A DNA stretch of 64,000 nt from Lama guanicoe (Eukaryota). The stretch lies in the NCBI GenBank assembly GCA_013239625.1, contig MU053881.1, positions 1,240,001 to 1,304,000 of the forward strand. The letters are read 5' to 3'. Below the pieces are notes generated by a model. It saw only the letters and a program-made list of their open reading frames with translations. It ran no database searches and was not told the origin of the DNA. The translations under genes were made by a program, and so were the position numbers. This document shows positions 15,079 through 27,629 of this stretch, one piece after another (position 1 is the first letter of the stretch; each line of letters opens with the position of its first letter).

Positions 15079-15190
15079 CCAGTGAAGCCAGGTCCCGGGA
15101 GCTCTCAGCATCGCTCCCCTGAGCAGCGTCTAGCTGGATCCACCCCTCCCGGATGAAATCCACAGCCTCATCCTCGAACATCCCCGACTC
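15079..15190 (-). pseudogene. Fossil KRAB-A exon of ZFP2
   Basis: Acceptor GCTTCAG. Reads ESGMFEDEAVDFIREGWIQLDAAQGSDAESSRDLASLG, similar to [24 protein letters not shown]...NLxSLG. 112 nt long, donor GT mutated to GG (G|GGAAGG). Confidence 0.85.
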
Positions 15191-16154
15191 CTGAAGCTAT
15201 AAATTCCCGCTCAGTGAAGGGTTACGCCAATGACACCCTCCGAAGGGAGTGGAAAAAGCAAGCAGCATTAGAAGGGACAGGACAGAGAGATGTATGTGAG
15301 GAAAACGTGTCATCCTCCCAAGGAAACCAAACACCTGCAAGAAAAACGGACATTACCATGAAATAACCAGAGGTAAATACAGAAAGTGCTTTGGCATTTA
15401 GGGACGGAAGAGGAGGTCCAGGGGGCTGTGGGGGAAGCTACCCAAGGCTGCTCTAGGTTAGCACCAAGGAAGAGATGGCGTTCGGATCGCCTCCTATTCA
15501 CCCACGGATGACGGACAGAGGGGTCCCCAACCCTAAAGAGCACAAGATGGCCAAACACGTGACACCCAGCACTGGACAGATGAGACTGCGAGCAGTTTAT
15601 CAGTCACATATCCTCACCCGCATGGCGTGGAGGGCCCTCGGGGGTTGCACTTGGGAGCAGAGAACTAGCAGGGGCCGTGGGAGGCAGGCTCTGTACTGAC
15701 GAGGGGGTGAGGGGACCCTTGGTAACCATGGGAAGATGGGATCAGCTTGTTTGAACAACTCTGTGGGCTGGAAGGGAGATGAAACCCACTAGGCTGAGGA
15801 CTGGGAGGGGTGTACCTGGCTGGGCTGATAGGGGAGCTGGCCAGGCAGGTGGGGGGAGCCCTTCCCACCGGGTGGGGGTGTGTCTGGCGAGAGCAGGGGA
15901 CCTCACAGCTAGGTCTCTGGAGTGACGTGAGGCCCCAAGTTGTAGACGCAGCACATGGAATTCTAGGCTTTACTATAACTGGGCAGGAATCCAGTTAGTG
16001 GGGGGAGCATGTGCGAGCGGGATAAATCCAAAAAGTGGCTGGCCTACGAGACGACCAAGAAAACACCCATCTTGACTTGAAAATGGCATTTCCAATTTAT
16101 AAGCCCATTTCAGCCTTGTTTTCTAGCCCTCAGACTAGGAAATAAAACTAAGCA

Positions 16155-16645
16155 TTCATCTCTGGGTAATGAGCGTGATGGTTGACTTGACTGGGCCAAG
16201 GCATGCCCGAGTAGCTGGTAAAGCATGACCTATTTCTGAGCGTTTCTGCAAGGATGTTCCCACCTGCATTGGGAGACAGAGTCCACAAGAGGTGGGAGGG
16301 CTTTGCCCAGTGGGCTGAGGGCCCGGACAGAACAAAGAGGCTGAGGGAAAGGCAAGTCCGCTCTCCCTGCCTGAGCTGAGACAGCCGTCATCTGCTGCCC
16401 TTGGTCATCCGTGCCCCTAGTTCACGAGGCTTCTGACTCAGGACCTGCACCATCGGTCCCCGGACTCGGCCCCCGGGTCTGGAGCGGGATGGCAGCACAG
16501 TTTCCTGGGCTATCCGGAGTGCACACGGCAGATCGTGGGACTCTCTGTCATCCACAGTCGTGCACCCCCACTCCCCACGTAATCTCTCTGTACATCTACG
16601 TATATCCCATTGGTTCTGTTTCTCGGGAGAACCCTAATGCATACA
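16155..16645 (+). mobile_element. MLT2-like (ERVL) solo LTR
   Basis: GACTTGACTGGGCCAAGG near the start; ends ATTGGTTCTGTTTCTCGGGAGAACCCTAATGCATACA. Confidence 0.7.
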
Positions 16646-17134
16646 AGGAGGGAACACGAACTGAGTGGTGGTTACCATAAATGATAATTCTGGGACTCAG
16701 TTTTGTACCTGTAGGGAATTCACATACCTCAGTTCATAGCATTCAAATGACAACCAGCTAGACTCATAGCATTAAAGCCATCATTCTATAGATGTGGGAT
16801 CTGAGGCCCAAAAAGGTTAAAGAACCTCTCCAAGATCATACAGCTTGAACCCAAGGCCACCCAACTCCTCCTGTGTGAGGGGAAGCCCAAGGAGAGAGAC
16901 CCTTGCCGCCCTCAGCAGGTGAGAGAGGGAGAGAAAGACAGGCGGGGAGATGGAGGAGACTCAGGACCAAAGGTCCGGGGAAGGAGGGCTTCAAGGACGA
17001 GAGTGGTCCGTGCTCTCAGAAGCCGGGTGGGTCAAACAGAATGATGAGTGGAAAGAATCTGCTGGTTCCAAAATGAGCTTTCAGCTGAGAGGTGAAGGCA
17101 GAAGTCAGCTTACAGTGGATAAAAGAATAAAAGA

Positions 17135-17260
17135 GAGGGAGGCTATAGCTCAGTGGTAGAGCGCATGCTTAGCATGCACGAGGTCCTGGGTTCAATTCCC
17201 AGTGCTTCCATCAAAAAAATAAGTAAGTAAGCCTAATTACCTCCCCTACCCAAGGGGAAA
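17135..17260 (+). mobile_element. tRNA-derived SINE (Vic-1-like)
   Basis: GGCTATAGCTCAGTGGTAGAGCGCATGCTTAGCATGCACGAGGTCCTGGGTTCAATTCCCAG followed by CCTAATTACCTCCCC. AAGAATAA flanks both sides (possible TSD). Confidence 0.88.
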
Positions 17261-20200
17261 ACAAGAATAACAGGAAAATAAGGAACCAGAAGCGGTCAGA
17301 TGGTTACCTCAAACTTCTTGTGAAGATGAGAGGTATGACTGTAAGGAAAGAAGGAGTAAGTTGTGGAAATGGACAAGGTCTTTATTTAAGGACACAGAGC
17401 GCTGTAATGTGCGAATAGGCAAACGGGAGGAAATCAGTGGAGAAGGAAGGACTAAAGAGACTAGAGACAGAGCAAAACCAATTTCCAAGCAATTTGTGTG
17501 TTTTACATCCTGCTGGCTGTGGACCCCAGAAAAAGTGTCAGCCCTGAGGCACAGAGTTTACTATCTTCCTACCTCATTATTTTCTCCTAATATTTTAAAA
17601 TCAATGTATCAAAAAAATAAAAAATGTTTAAAATCACTGACAAATACTATCAAGAAAAGTGAAAGTAGCTACTAGTAAGATATAAATACATGGGAGACTT
17701 TCCATTTTATGAAAGGAAAAAAGGAAATAAGAAAAATTATCAATGCAACAAATTTAAGGAAAAGAAACAAGAACGCATAGTAACCATAAGTCATTAAGTA
17801 AGCAGCAAAAGGCTTGATACACGTATAGCAACAAATATAAATGGGTTGACTTTATCTATTAAAAAACAAAACCTGTAAGGTTGGTTTAAAATCCAATTAA
17901 ATGGCACATATGAAACACCTAAAATACAAACCAAAAAGTGAAAGAAAAAAAAAAAGGCGGGGGGTGGCGAGGGGTAGTAGAGCTGAGACACGCAGTCAAG
18001 TGCAAACAAGCAGAAAAAGAAGCTGAGAGGGGAACAGATCTCAGTAAGGTGAGGCAGGATGTACGCGGAAACAAATCATAAGCTGCTTCTTTGCAAAAAG
18101 GATGACAGATCAGAAATATGACATTCTCCTTCCAAAAATCAATCTACTTTCAATAAATTCGTAGCAAAGCAATTGCCTTGTTGGCTAAACATACGGGGCA
18201 AAATTAAAAGCCCCAATGCAGACTCCTCTGGGCTAATTTCCTGGTCCCCCCACCTCCCCTGACTCTCATCCCCTCAGGTGCAGGGCCCCCCGCCAGCACA
18301 GGCCTTGTCTCGGCTGTGGAACTGTGGGGCCCTGTCCACACAAGTACAGGATGGCATTTTTTTTGTCATTTAAAAAAAAAAACGTTTTTAACACCTTTAT
18401 TGTGGTATAAAGGCTGAAATGAAACTTAACTGCACCGCTCGTAGAGCATGTTTGTTGTTAATCCCCTAAGACATTATTTTCTCCCTTTCTCCTTTGCACT
18501 TACTCCGGGTTTTTCTCCCCAGCACTGCACGGAGCACAGGATAACAGCACGGTGTCTGAAATAAGCAGCTTCCTGGGTTTCTCTCGCTCATGCAGAGGTT
18601 TTCCTAAACCTAAGACACAGGCTTTTTTGATGTTTTTATTCCTTAAAAAGGTCAAGTATCAAATGGAATAAACAGGGATATCTTAATGATAAAAGCATGA
18701 TTAATAATAATAATAAAAGTATGATTAATTAATATTAATAATAATAATAAATAAAATTAGTAATTAATAATGATGAAGTTTCAGGCGCCACGGCAACAAA
18801 ATATCTTCAAAGAGCATTCTTAAATAATTTTTTTTACAAAATCATAATTGTGATTAAACATATTCCAGTCACTACAGCAACAAAAAATATGAAACACCTC
18901 AGAATACACTTAACAGGAATATGCAAGGTCCTCATGATCAAAGTTAACAGAAGCCATAATGAAAGATCTGAATAGAACAAAGGGTGATTTTTTCCACTCA
19001 ACAGGAAGAATAAACATTGTGAAGATGGTGGTCCTCTTCAAGGTGATACAGATTTAATGGAAACCAGATCAAAATTGCTTATTTTTTAACTGTTTCTGTT
19101 AGAACTTGTTATTGTTAATACAATTTGACCACAAGGATAAATGTATAAGAACAGTAATCAAAATTTTGAAAAGAAAAATAAAGGGGAATTTTCTTTACAA
19201 AATAAAATAAATTCTAAAACAAATAAAACAGTGTGGAACTACAGAAGAAAAAGAGCAACAGAACAGAACCCAGAAAAACTGACTCATACGTTTATGTGTG
19301 CATGTGAATATATAATATGAAAACACATACATTTATGTATTATATATAAATATTATTTATATATAGATTAAGTATATTTTAAAGGTAGCCTCTCAGATCT
19401 ATGGAAAAATAACTAGATTATGCAATAGATTCTTTCAACAGTTTATCACAGTTCGAATGCCTCAGAGGTGCCACTCTGGCTCTGCCTAGCTAAAACAGAC
19501 CCCCAGTCACACTCCCCCAGGTCACCCTGCTGTGTGGCCATCACGGCACTGAACAGTGTCCTCAGGAACACTGCTTCTTCACTGCTGCCCCCTCCTTCTA
19601 GAAGAGAAGATCGAGGAGAAAGGGGCTTAGCCTGTCTCATTCACTGCTATCTTCCCAGCATCCAGAACACAGCTTGGCAGGGCATTTGGCACAGTAGGCA
19701 GCTGCTGAATTCCTGTTCAATGAATGGATGGATGATGAGTTGCCTCACCACACTGTGTTAAATAAAGTAAGATTCTGACCTCACGTTATATTCAAGAAAG
19801 TCCAGATAGCTCAAGGATTCAAATTTAAAACGATAAAGCTAATAGAAAATGTAGAAAAGTACTTTTATAATCTAAAGGACCAGAAAGCCTTTTAGAGCAA
19901 TGATTCCAAAGCCAAGCCAAGGAAAAGGAAAGGTAACTGCACGAAACTTCAAAATTTATTTGCCGCAGAAGATTATAAACAGATTGAAAGGAAAAATTAC
20001 AAGAAACAAGAATGGCAATTTATGGCAAAGGATTAATATCCACTTTATACAAAAGGCTTCTTTTATATACAAACAACCCAACATAAAGATGGGCAAAAGA
20101 TGTTAACAAGGTATCTTAAAAGGACAGAAGAATGTACATCCATAGTTATTTTTGAGGATTTGAGACCTGAAATTATATCTTACAGCCTTAAAAAAAATTT

Positions 20201-21219
20201 TACAAATATATGCCTAATATTTATATTCAGAAAAAAAGATAAAATTTAAAGGCAAATACAAGTCATACTCAGGCAATTAATAGTCACATCAGTGTCCAAT
20301 GTCGGAGAGATAAAAACATGAGGAAAAATGAAAAAAGGACTTGAGCTCTAATGCTGCCCTGATGCGTCTCAGACCAATCACTGCGCTCTTCGAAAGCGTC
20401 AGGTCATCGAAGACAAAGACCCAGGAAGTGTCTCAGGTGAAGGGAGACTAAGGAGACGGGACAGCTAAATGCCAGTTGTGCCAGTTTGTTTTTTTATGCT
20501 GTACACCAGAAGTTAATACAACACTGTAACTCAACTATACTTCAATAAAAAAATTAAAAAGAAAAAAATTAAATTAAATAAAGGAAAAAAAAAAAAAACC
20601 CTGCGGAAGTCTTACCAAGGCCAAGCATGTGGCAAACACTCAGTTAATGCTGTTACCTCTGTCATCACCAGGAGGAACTGATGCTTCAGAGAAGTCAAGT
20701 CACTTGCCCCAGGCAGCACAGCTATTATAAAATGGTAGACTTACACTTGGGACACTCTTGACTCCGCTACAGCAAATCCTCTCCAGGTGTCCCTGCCCAA
20801 TCGTGCTGCTTCTGGTCGCCACACTAATTTCTATTTTCAGGTCTTGAACACTGACAATCCGGGTACTTAACCATATTTGTTCTTATTATCATATTCATGT
20901 GCAATCATGGAGCCTGTTCCTTCTAAAGATGCGACCTTTTATATGTCCCCTGAGAGTCCATGAACCCTAGAAGCAGCAGGACTGTCTCTCACATGATTTC
21001 TGTTCCTTTCCTGACCCTTGAACAGCACCAACAGCTCAGGAGGCCAGGGTATCCAGCTGAAGTGACAGCTGAGAACAGAGCTGAGGGGTACTGAGGGGAG
21101 CTGTGTTGTAAATATCCAACATTTGGACATCGCAATAGCTCTGTCTTCTGCGGTGAGACCCACCGACAGTCTAGGAGCAAGGAGCAAGGGAGAGGTTTGA
21201 GCGAGAAACATGAGCTCAC

Positions 21220-21316
21220 CTGTGCTCTCAGTGGTGACGGCCCAGCAGCCATTGCCTTCTCCTTCCTTCCCGTGGGGTCCTTCCTTGGGGACCGGCAGGA
21301 GCCAGAGGAGTCAGAG
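21220..21316 (-). other. ZFP2: ZFP2 upstream exon with the ancestral KRAB-leader start (MAAGPSPLRAQ, ATG at 21252)
   Basis: Acceptor TTTTCCTTCCCTCAG, donor CAG|GTGAGC. The 33-nt phase-0 leader has the same geometry as the ZNF454 leader. Confidence 0.7.
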
Positions 21317-22629
21317 CTGAGGGAAGGAAAAGACATGAGAAACAAGCCTTCTGCAACAACAAAAATACAGTGCCTACAGACAAGCCAAGTAACAAGTGTA
21401 TGGACACCGGGAATTGACACGTTGTAACTGCCTATACTTCAATTTTTTTAAAAAATAATAAAAATAAATTGAAATCTCTAAATAAAAGTCAAATAGTTAA
21501 AAATAATTTCACTTTATAATAAATAAACCTATAAATAACAATAAATCTTAAAAAAAAGAAGTGTATGGTATCTACATAAAGAAAACTATCATTTTTATTT
21601 ATTAAGCTTATTTGGATATATAAAGCTAAACAGAAACATCCCATATTCCTGGAGAGAATGGCACAACGCGCTAAGCTGTCACTTCTTTGAAATTAACTTA
21701 TAAACTGAACATATACCGAGGCAAGTTATAACTAAATAATAATCTTGTGAAGTTAGTTATGGAAAAGATGATTTTTAAAAAAAGTTAATTGTGTTAATGT
21801 AACAACAGCTAGGAGGTTTCTGAAAGGAAATAGTGATGAGTGAGACTCTGCCCACCAGACATTATAAAGCTATGATCATCAGAACAGAGTGTTACTGAAC
21901 AAGCAAAATCACTCATTCACCGGATGTACTGCTGACCACCTACTGCGTACCAGGCGTCATTCTTAGGGGAAGGGATGAATATAGCTGTAAACAAAACAGA
22001 TCAAGTCTCTCTGCCCTTATGGATGTTACAGTCTGACAGGGAAAAGGGTCAGTGGAACAAATTAAAATCCTACCAACACAAAGAGTTCAGAAAAAAATTT
22101 ATATGTAAGAACTCAGGTTATGAAAAAAGTGACATCACATCAGTGAAGGAAGGATGTGAAATTAACACTTAGACTTGGTGTCGGTCAGTCAGGCACCCTT
22201 AGCTGCAACGTTTATAAACTACTATTTTCTAGAGAGACTAGGACAGGAGGTATCAAAAGCCTTACAGTATGACCTAGAAATGTCACTTGAGAAGATTTAT
22301 AGAATGAGACAAGAATACAAAGATATATGCAGCCAGATGGCCTATATTGTTTATAATACAGGGGGGAGGGGAAAAAAAGCAACCCTAAGAGCACAACGCC
22401 TAAAGAGAAGATTAAATACGGCACAGACATACTTTTCCTCACATTCATTAGCCGTTCTTGAAAATTGCTATTAGTAGATACTTCCAAATATTAAGTTAAA
22501 ATAAGTTTATACTGCATATTGATTAAGTTGTACTTACGCAGATAAAAATATTTATTTAAAAAATCACGGAGCTTAAGATTCGTGCACTTTAAATCCCTTA
22601 CCAAATGTATTTCGTAATTTTTTTTTTCT

Positions 22630-22811
22630 GGTGCACCGTTCCTGGAGGTACTGCAAAGCAGGTGGATGCGTGGAGTGGACGTAGCAAGGTGCTATCCCAA
22701 CTCGTGCTCCAAAAATCCATTTAATATATTGTCCTCGGGTAGAGGCCATATCGGATATTAAACTGATAGGAAAAGATACACTTGATCTTAGCCAAAAGGC
22801 CGAGAAGTGAT
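22630..22811 (-). pseudogene. Near full-length U2 snRNA retrocopy
   Basis: ATCACTTCTCGGCCTTTTGGCTAAGATCAAGTG...AATGGATTTTTGGAGC...CCAGGAACGGTGCACC, then an A10 tail (22618-22627). 3-nt deletion in the branch-site pairing region. Confidence 0.92.
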
Positions 22812-23069
22812 CATAACTCATTTTTAAAAGTAAATGGAGAAAAGGATACTAGTACCCATATGTTTGTTTAGAAACAAAACATTTCTATTCTTATACAGAT
22901 ACATGCCGCCATGCAGATTTTGATAAGTTTTCAAACGATCTTTTTTCCTTTTTGCTCCTCTGAATCTTCTAGCTGCCCTACAATGAACTTTGTCTTCCTT
23001 TCTTCCTTTTATTTATTTATTAAGAGAAAAGAACTGATTTTAAAAAAAGAAAGAAAATGATTCACTCAA

Positions 23070-23880
23070 GTAGAGCCCCGCACAGGGTTGGCCTGCCCTT
23101 TCTTACGGAGGTGAGTCGAGGAGCGCCCCGCCCCCGCCCCTCGGAGTTAGGAAACCACGGCGGGCGAGTCCCCGAGAGGCGGCTCACACAAAGGGCAGGT
23201 GCTGGAGCCTGGAGCCCCAGCGCCCCGGTGCAGCATCCCCGACACTTCCGAGGTGGGTCCCAGGGCAAGTCCGCGGCGGGGAGGAGCCCGGAGTCCTAGC
23301 GACTCCCCGAGCTTGCGGCCCCTCGGACCCGGAGCCGCGGCGCCAGGGCCCCGCCCGCGCTGCCCCCGGGACAGCCCCTCCACTCCGGGTGGTCCCTCCC
23401 GGCCTGGCTTTGCGGTGAGAGGCGGCGCACCTGGAGCCAGGGGCCCGGCGCCGCGCAGGGCCGGAGAGGTCGCGCCCCGGCCCACCCTGAGGAGCCTCGC
23501 CCTCGGTGCCGGGCTCCTCCTGGCAGGACCTCCGGCTTCAGCCCGACTGGCGCTTCCCGTTGCGGCCCCGCACTCACCATCTCCCAGCGGGAGCAGGAGC
23601 CGCCGCCGGGGAACCGATGCGGCCCCGCCCGGCGCTTCCACCCCGGGCGCCGGACTACATTTCCCACAAAGCCGCAGGGGCGCGGCGCGGGCGTCGGAGT
23701 ACGCAGTTGCAGGCGTCAGAGTGCGCAGGCGCGGGCCCGCGGCAGGCCAGCTGCGGGCCGGGGGTTCCAGTGGACCGGAGGTGCTGGCTCCTGGGACGAC
23801 TGCATCGTTTCGGTCAGGTCGTGGCTTGCCACGCGATGAGCGAGCTGCTCGGCGACCTTACCCCGGCTGCGTTAAGGTAG
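23070..23880. promoter_or_regulatory. CpG-island promoter and exon 1 of ZFP2 with a ZNF143 motif
   Basis: CpG-dense. Minus-strand donor ATG|GTGAGT at 23578/23577. GACTACATTTCCCACAAAGCC at 23653-23673. Confidence 0.85.
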
Positions 23881-24289
23881 CCCCTCTCTGGAGTCTGTCG
23901 GTTTCTCACTCATGGGTAGGGGAGAAGGGGCAGACAGCCGTGGCGAAGGCTCACCTTACTGCTCTGAGATAAATGGAGCCCTGGGGCGTCGCTTACAGAG
24001 TTGTTAGTAGAGTGAGCAGATGTGGTTAACGTTCCCGGTACACAGCGGGCACTCCATGAATGGTGGTTACTGGGCTTCCTTTCTAGCTCAGTGTCAGGTG
24101 CTGCCCTGTTTGCTCCAAAAGCATCACTGTGTAGAATGCCAAATCTCCAATTACATGTGTGGCCAGCTGGATCTGCCACCGGGATCTGGAGAGGGACATG
24201 ACATTTGGGGCAGATCAGTATAGTAGCTTTGATTGTAATACTTGGTTTTCTAAAAATAACTGCTAGTTTCCTCTGCCTCTTTCTGTTGG

Positions 24290-25402
24290 TGCAGCAAAGA
24301 CCCAACCCTTGACCAAACTTTAGGAAGGTTCCTTTGAGCTCTCGTTCCTACTAGGCCTCCTCCTTGGGCCGTCTTTGGCTTGTGGAACCCAGTTTCAGCA
24401 AGAATCCTACTGTTGCAGGAAAAAGGGGTACAAGAGCATGGCTGTGTCCCAGTTCTTGGGTGAGTTCCTGGGATGTACCCCATCAAGTGAGGCTCCTTGG
24501 CTTCAGCACGAAAGAATTCAAGACTGAGCCATTGTAAATTGAAAGCAGGTTTATTCAGGGAGATTAAAAACTCCGTAGACAGACAGAGTGTGGGCAGTCT
24601 GAGAAGGCAGAGCAGCAGCTCCAGGAGATGGGATTGTCCTGGAAAGTGAAAGCTCCTTAGGAGATACACGTCCCATTGACACGATGTGGGCATCTCAAAA
24701 GGTGAGAGGCCCCAGCGGGTGGGGTGATTAGTTTTTATGGGCTCCATAATTTCATATGCTAACGGGTGGGAGGATTATTCTTTTCTGGGGAAGGGACAGG
24801 GATTTCTCAAAATTGGGCCACTACCCATTTTTTGGCCTGTTATGTTCAGCCTTGGAACTGTCAGGGCACCTGTGGGTGTGTAATTTAGCATGCTGATACA
24901 TTCCAATGAGCATATAAGGCTCAAGGTCCACTGGAACTCAGCTCCTCTGTCATCTTGAGCCTGGTTGGGTCTAACCAGTTTGTGTCATATCCTCAATTGC
25001 TGTGTCTTTCTTTTGATGGTTGTGCCCTGCCTGCTTCCCTCCTGTCTCACTGCTAGGTCAGTTTAGGTAGATTCCCCTCCATTCTTGATATCTGATCAAA
25101 TTTCTCATCCTCTACTCTTGATATCTAAGTTCTTGGCCTGCCTTTAGCAAGAATCTTCTTAAGCCAGTTTAGCAAGAGTCCTCCAGGCTTGCTGTCTTCT
25201 ATTTATAATTTTCCACCCACTCATTCCCCCGCCCCCGCCGGCCCCAACCCTTACTCTGCTTGTTGGCGTTGTAAATCCCCAGCTGACTTTGCTCAATTGG
25301 GAGTTGAGTTCAGTTTTATTGAAGCCTCTCTCCTTTATTGCAGTGGTACTAAATAAAATGTCTTTACTGCTTTTAATTAGTGTCCAACTCTGTTTCTCTT
25401 TG
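24290..25402 (+). mobile_element. MER31-like ERV1 LTR split by a nested LTR
   Basis: CCTTGACCAAACTTTAG and repeated AGTTT(C/T)AGCAAGA(A/G)TCCT motifs; AATAAA at 25352. Confidence 0.65.
24411..25049 (-). mobile_element. Solo LTR inserted into the MER31-like LTR
   Basis: TG...CA termini, 4-bp TSD CTAC/CTGC and a minus-strand AATAAA at about 24550. Confidence 0.7.
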
Positions 25403-25759
25403 AGAGCTGTCTGAACTATTTCAAAATATTGAAAAACATGAAAATCTTCATAATTCATTTAGTCAAGTGAAGGTAATCCAGATAGCACCAGACAAACAAA
25501 GTAAAAATCTACCACTGTGCTAAGATAAATACCCTGAATCAAACAGTTGCTTCAGGACTACAAGGTTATTCTTACATTAGAAACTGCATGAACATATTCA
25601 TCATGGTTGTTCTGGTAGGGAAATAGCCCTTGATAAAACTCATAACATAGAGTGTGCAATTTCCCAAAAAGCAGGCAGAGAGTATGGAATAGGGAGAAGG
25701 AGAAAGACAAAGAAACCAACCTCCTGCCCCCCCACCCCCTGCAACAAACCCACAAACAT

Positions 25760-26470
25760 AAAAATTCAGATAAATAAAAAATACATTAAAAGGTGTTAGC
25801 AATATATCCAAATCTATTAGTAATTACTCCATAAGCACATGGACTGAACTTCCCAATTGAAAGAAAAATACTCTCATTCTACATTTTTATAAATCTAGCT
25901 ATATACTAAAACATAAGGATACATAAACCTTGAAACTGGAAAGTTGGAAAAAGGTATACTTGGCAAATATTAACCATAGAAAGTTAATGTAGCTGCAGAC
26001 AGACACACACAGCATTAAGGCAAGAAATATTGCTAGAGGTAAAGAAGGTAATTACATAACAGTAAAAGAGTTAATTCACCAAGAACAGAAAATATTCATG
26101 AACTCTTACGTATTTAATAATGGAGCTTCAAAATGTATAAAGCAAAAATTGACAGAACACAAAGAGAACTGACAAATCCACTGTCACAGAGAGTTATTTT
26201 TAAACTATCTTTCTCAGTAATTGATAGAAAAGCTCACCAAAAAAACTCATTAAAGATGCAGAATATAGGAAGAGCAAAATTAACAAGTTTGATTTAATGG
26301 GCAAAATATTGCATCCCCAAATTAATAAAAAAAACATTTTCAATCATACTGTTACAAAAAATGACCTCATGCTAGCTATTAAAGAAGTCTCAACACATTT
26401 CAAAGAATTGGCATCATAAGTACCACATTCTTTGACAACAGTCCAGTTAGACATTTTTAAAAGACTAGAA
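25760..26470 (+). mobile_element. Old L1 ORF2 endonuclease-region fragment
   Basis: A-rich decayed sequence with L1 endonuclease-like motifs (AAGCAAAAATTGACAGAAC, CACATTCTTTGAC). Confidence 0.6.
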
Positions 26471-26518
26471 ATCTTTTTTAAAGGCAAAGGGAGTATTTAG
26501 TGTTTCGGCTGGCCACAC

Positions 26519-26968
26519 TGACAGAGCCTCTCCTTGACCAAACTAATCAGGCTCCTCTGAGTTGTTTTTCAACTAGGCCTCAACTGTTGGATTTCCATTT
26601 TTGTTTCTACATTGTCCAGTTTTAGCAAGAATCCTGCTAAATCAGTTTACCCAGAATCCCCCCATTCTCCAAGCCTTATCACCCTTGACATCTGGTAACT
26701 CCTCCTCCGCCTTGCCTCGGGTGATGTCTGCTTTCACCCGGAGTTCTGTGAGTTGGTCCCTCCACACCTTAGTGGTTTCTCTTAGTAATTTTCCATTCTC
26801 TGACCCCACCTAGCTCCTTGGCTATACATTCCTACTTGCTCATGCTATATTCAGAATTAAGCCCAATCTCCGTTCCCCACTGCAGTGGTCCCTATACCCA
26901 TCATGATGCCCCCCCAATAAACTCTGCCTCACTTTTCTTGAACAAATGTCACGAACAATTTTTTAACA
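26519..26968 (+). mobile_element. MER31-like ERV1 solo LTR
   Basis: Starts TGACAGAGCCTCTCCTTGACCAAAC, has AATAAA at about 26916 and ends TTTAACA. Confidence 0.7.
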
Positions 26969-27629
26969 CATAGGATAATACTTTTTTCTTTAACAGTACA
27001 TCAAATTTTGTTCCTTTCCAAAAATCCAGTGAAACCAAAATAAAGGGATTATTTGAAAAGTTAATTTACAAGTTCAGGAGAGGACAGGTAAGGACACACC
27101 AACAACATCTTGGACCTGAAAAGTAGACGGATGTTATTTTCTTGACAAAACTGAAAAATGCCAAATCCCCGAACAGCAGTAAGAAAAGCTGAAAGCCAGT
27201 CTGACTTTATACATCAGAAATCTCAAAAGCGCAGGAGCGGTAATACCAGAAACTTCTGGAACTGGGACTGAAGGTGGAGGGTGGGGCTTAAACAAAAAGT
27301 ATAAATGGGACAAGGAGGAAACTTTTTAAGGCAGATTCCTTTCCCAAACATTATGAACAATTCCCCGTCCCCCACCACAGCAGCCATCCAGATGGTCTCT
27401 GGAGGGTGCACTGGGAAGAGCGAAGTAACACAGAGGCCAGCCACGTGGCAAGAGGCTGAAGCTTTATAGAAAGCTAGTCAGTGAGGCATTCTCAGGAAGT
27501 TAGAGAAGTCTTGGGGAGCATCTGAGGAAGCTGATGGATAGGTTTTAGAACTGTTTTCCTTTGTTTAATTTTGCATTTTATAAACTTAAGAAATATTGAA
27601 GTATAGTGTACATGCTTGAAAACTCTCAA

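Noticed and set aside
14030..17260. tRNA-Ala-like sequences as real tRNA genes
   Set aside because: All copies share the same non-tRNA tail, and one has a clear TSD, so they are SINEs.
23147..23972. 257-aa and overlapping ORFs
   Set aside because: Same CpG-island artefact at the ZFP2 promoter.
24290..26968. Two related same-orientation LTRs as the ends of one provirus
   Set aside because: The intervening DNA is L1-like with no gag, pol or primer-binding site, and the LTRs are quite diverged.
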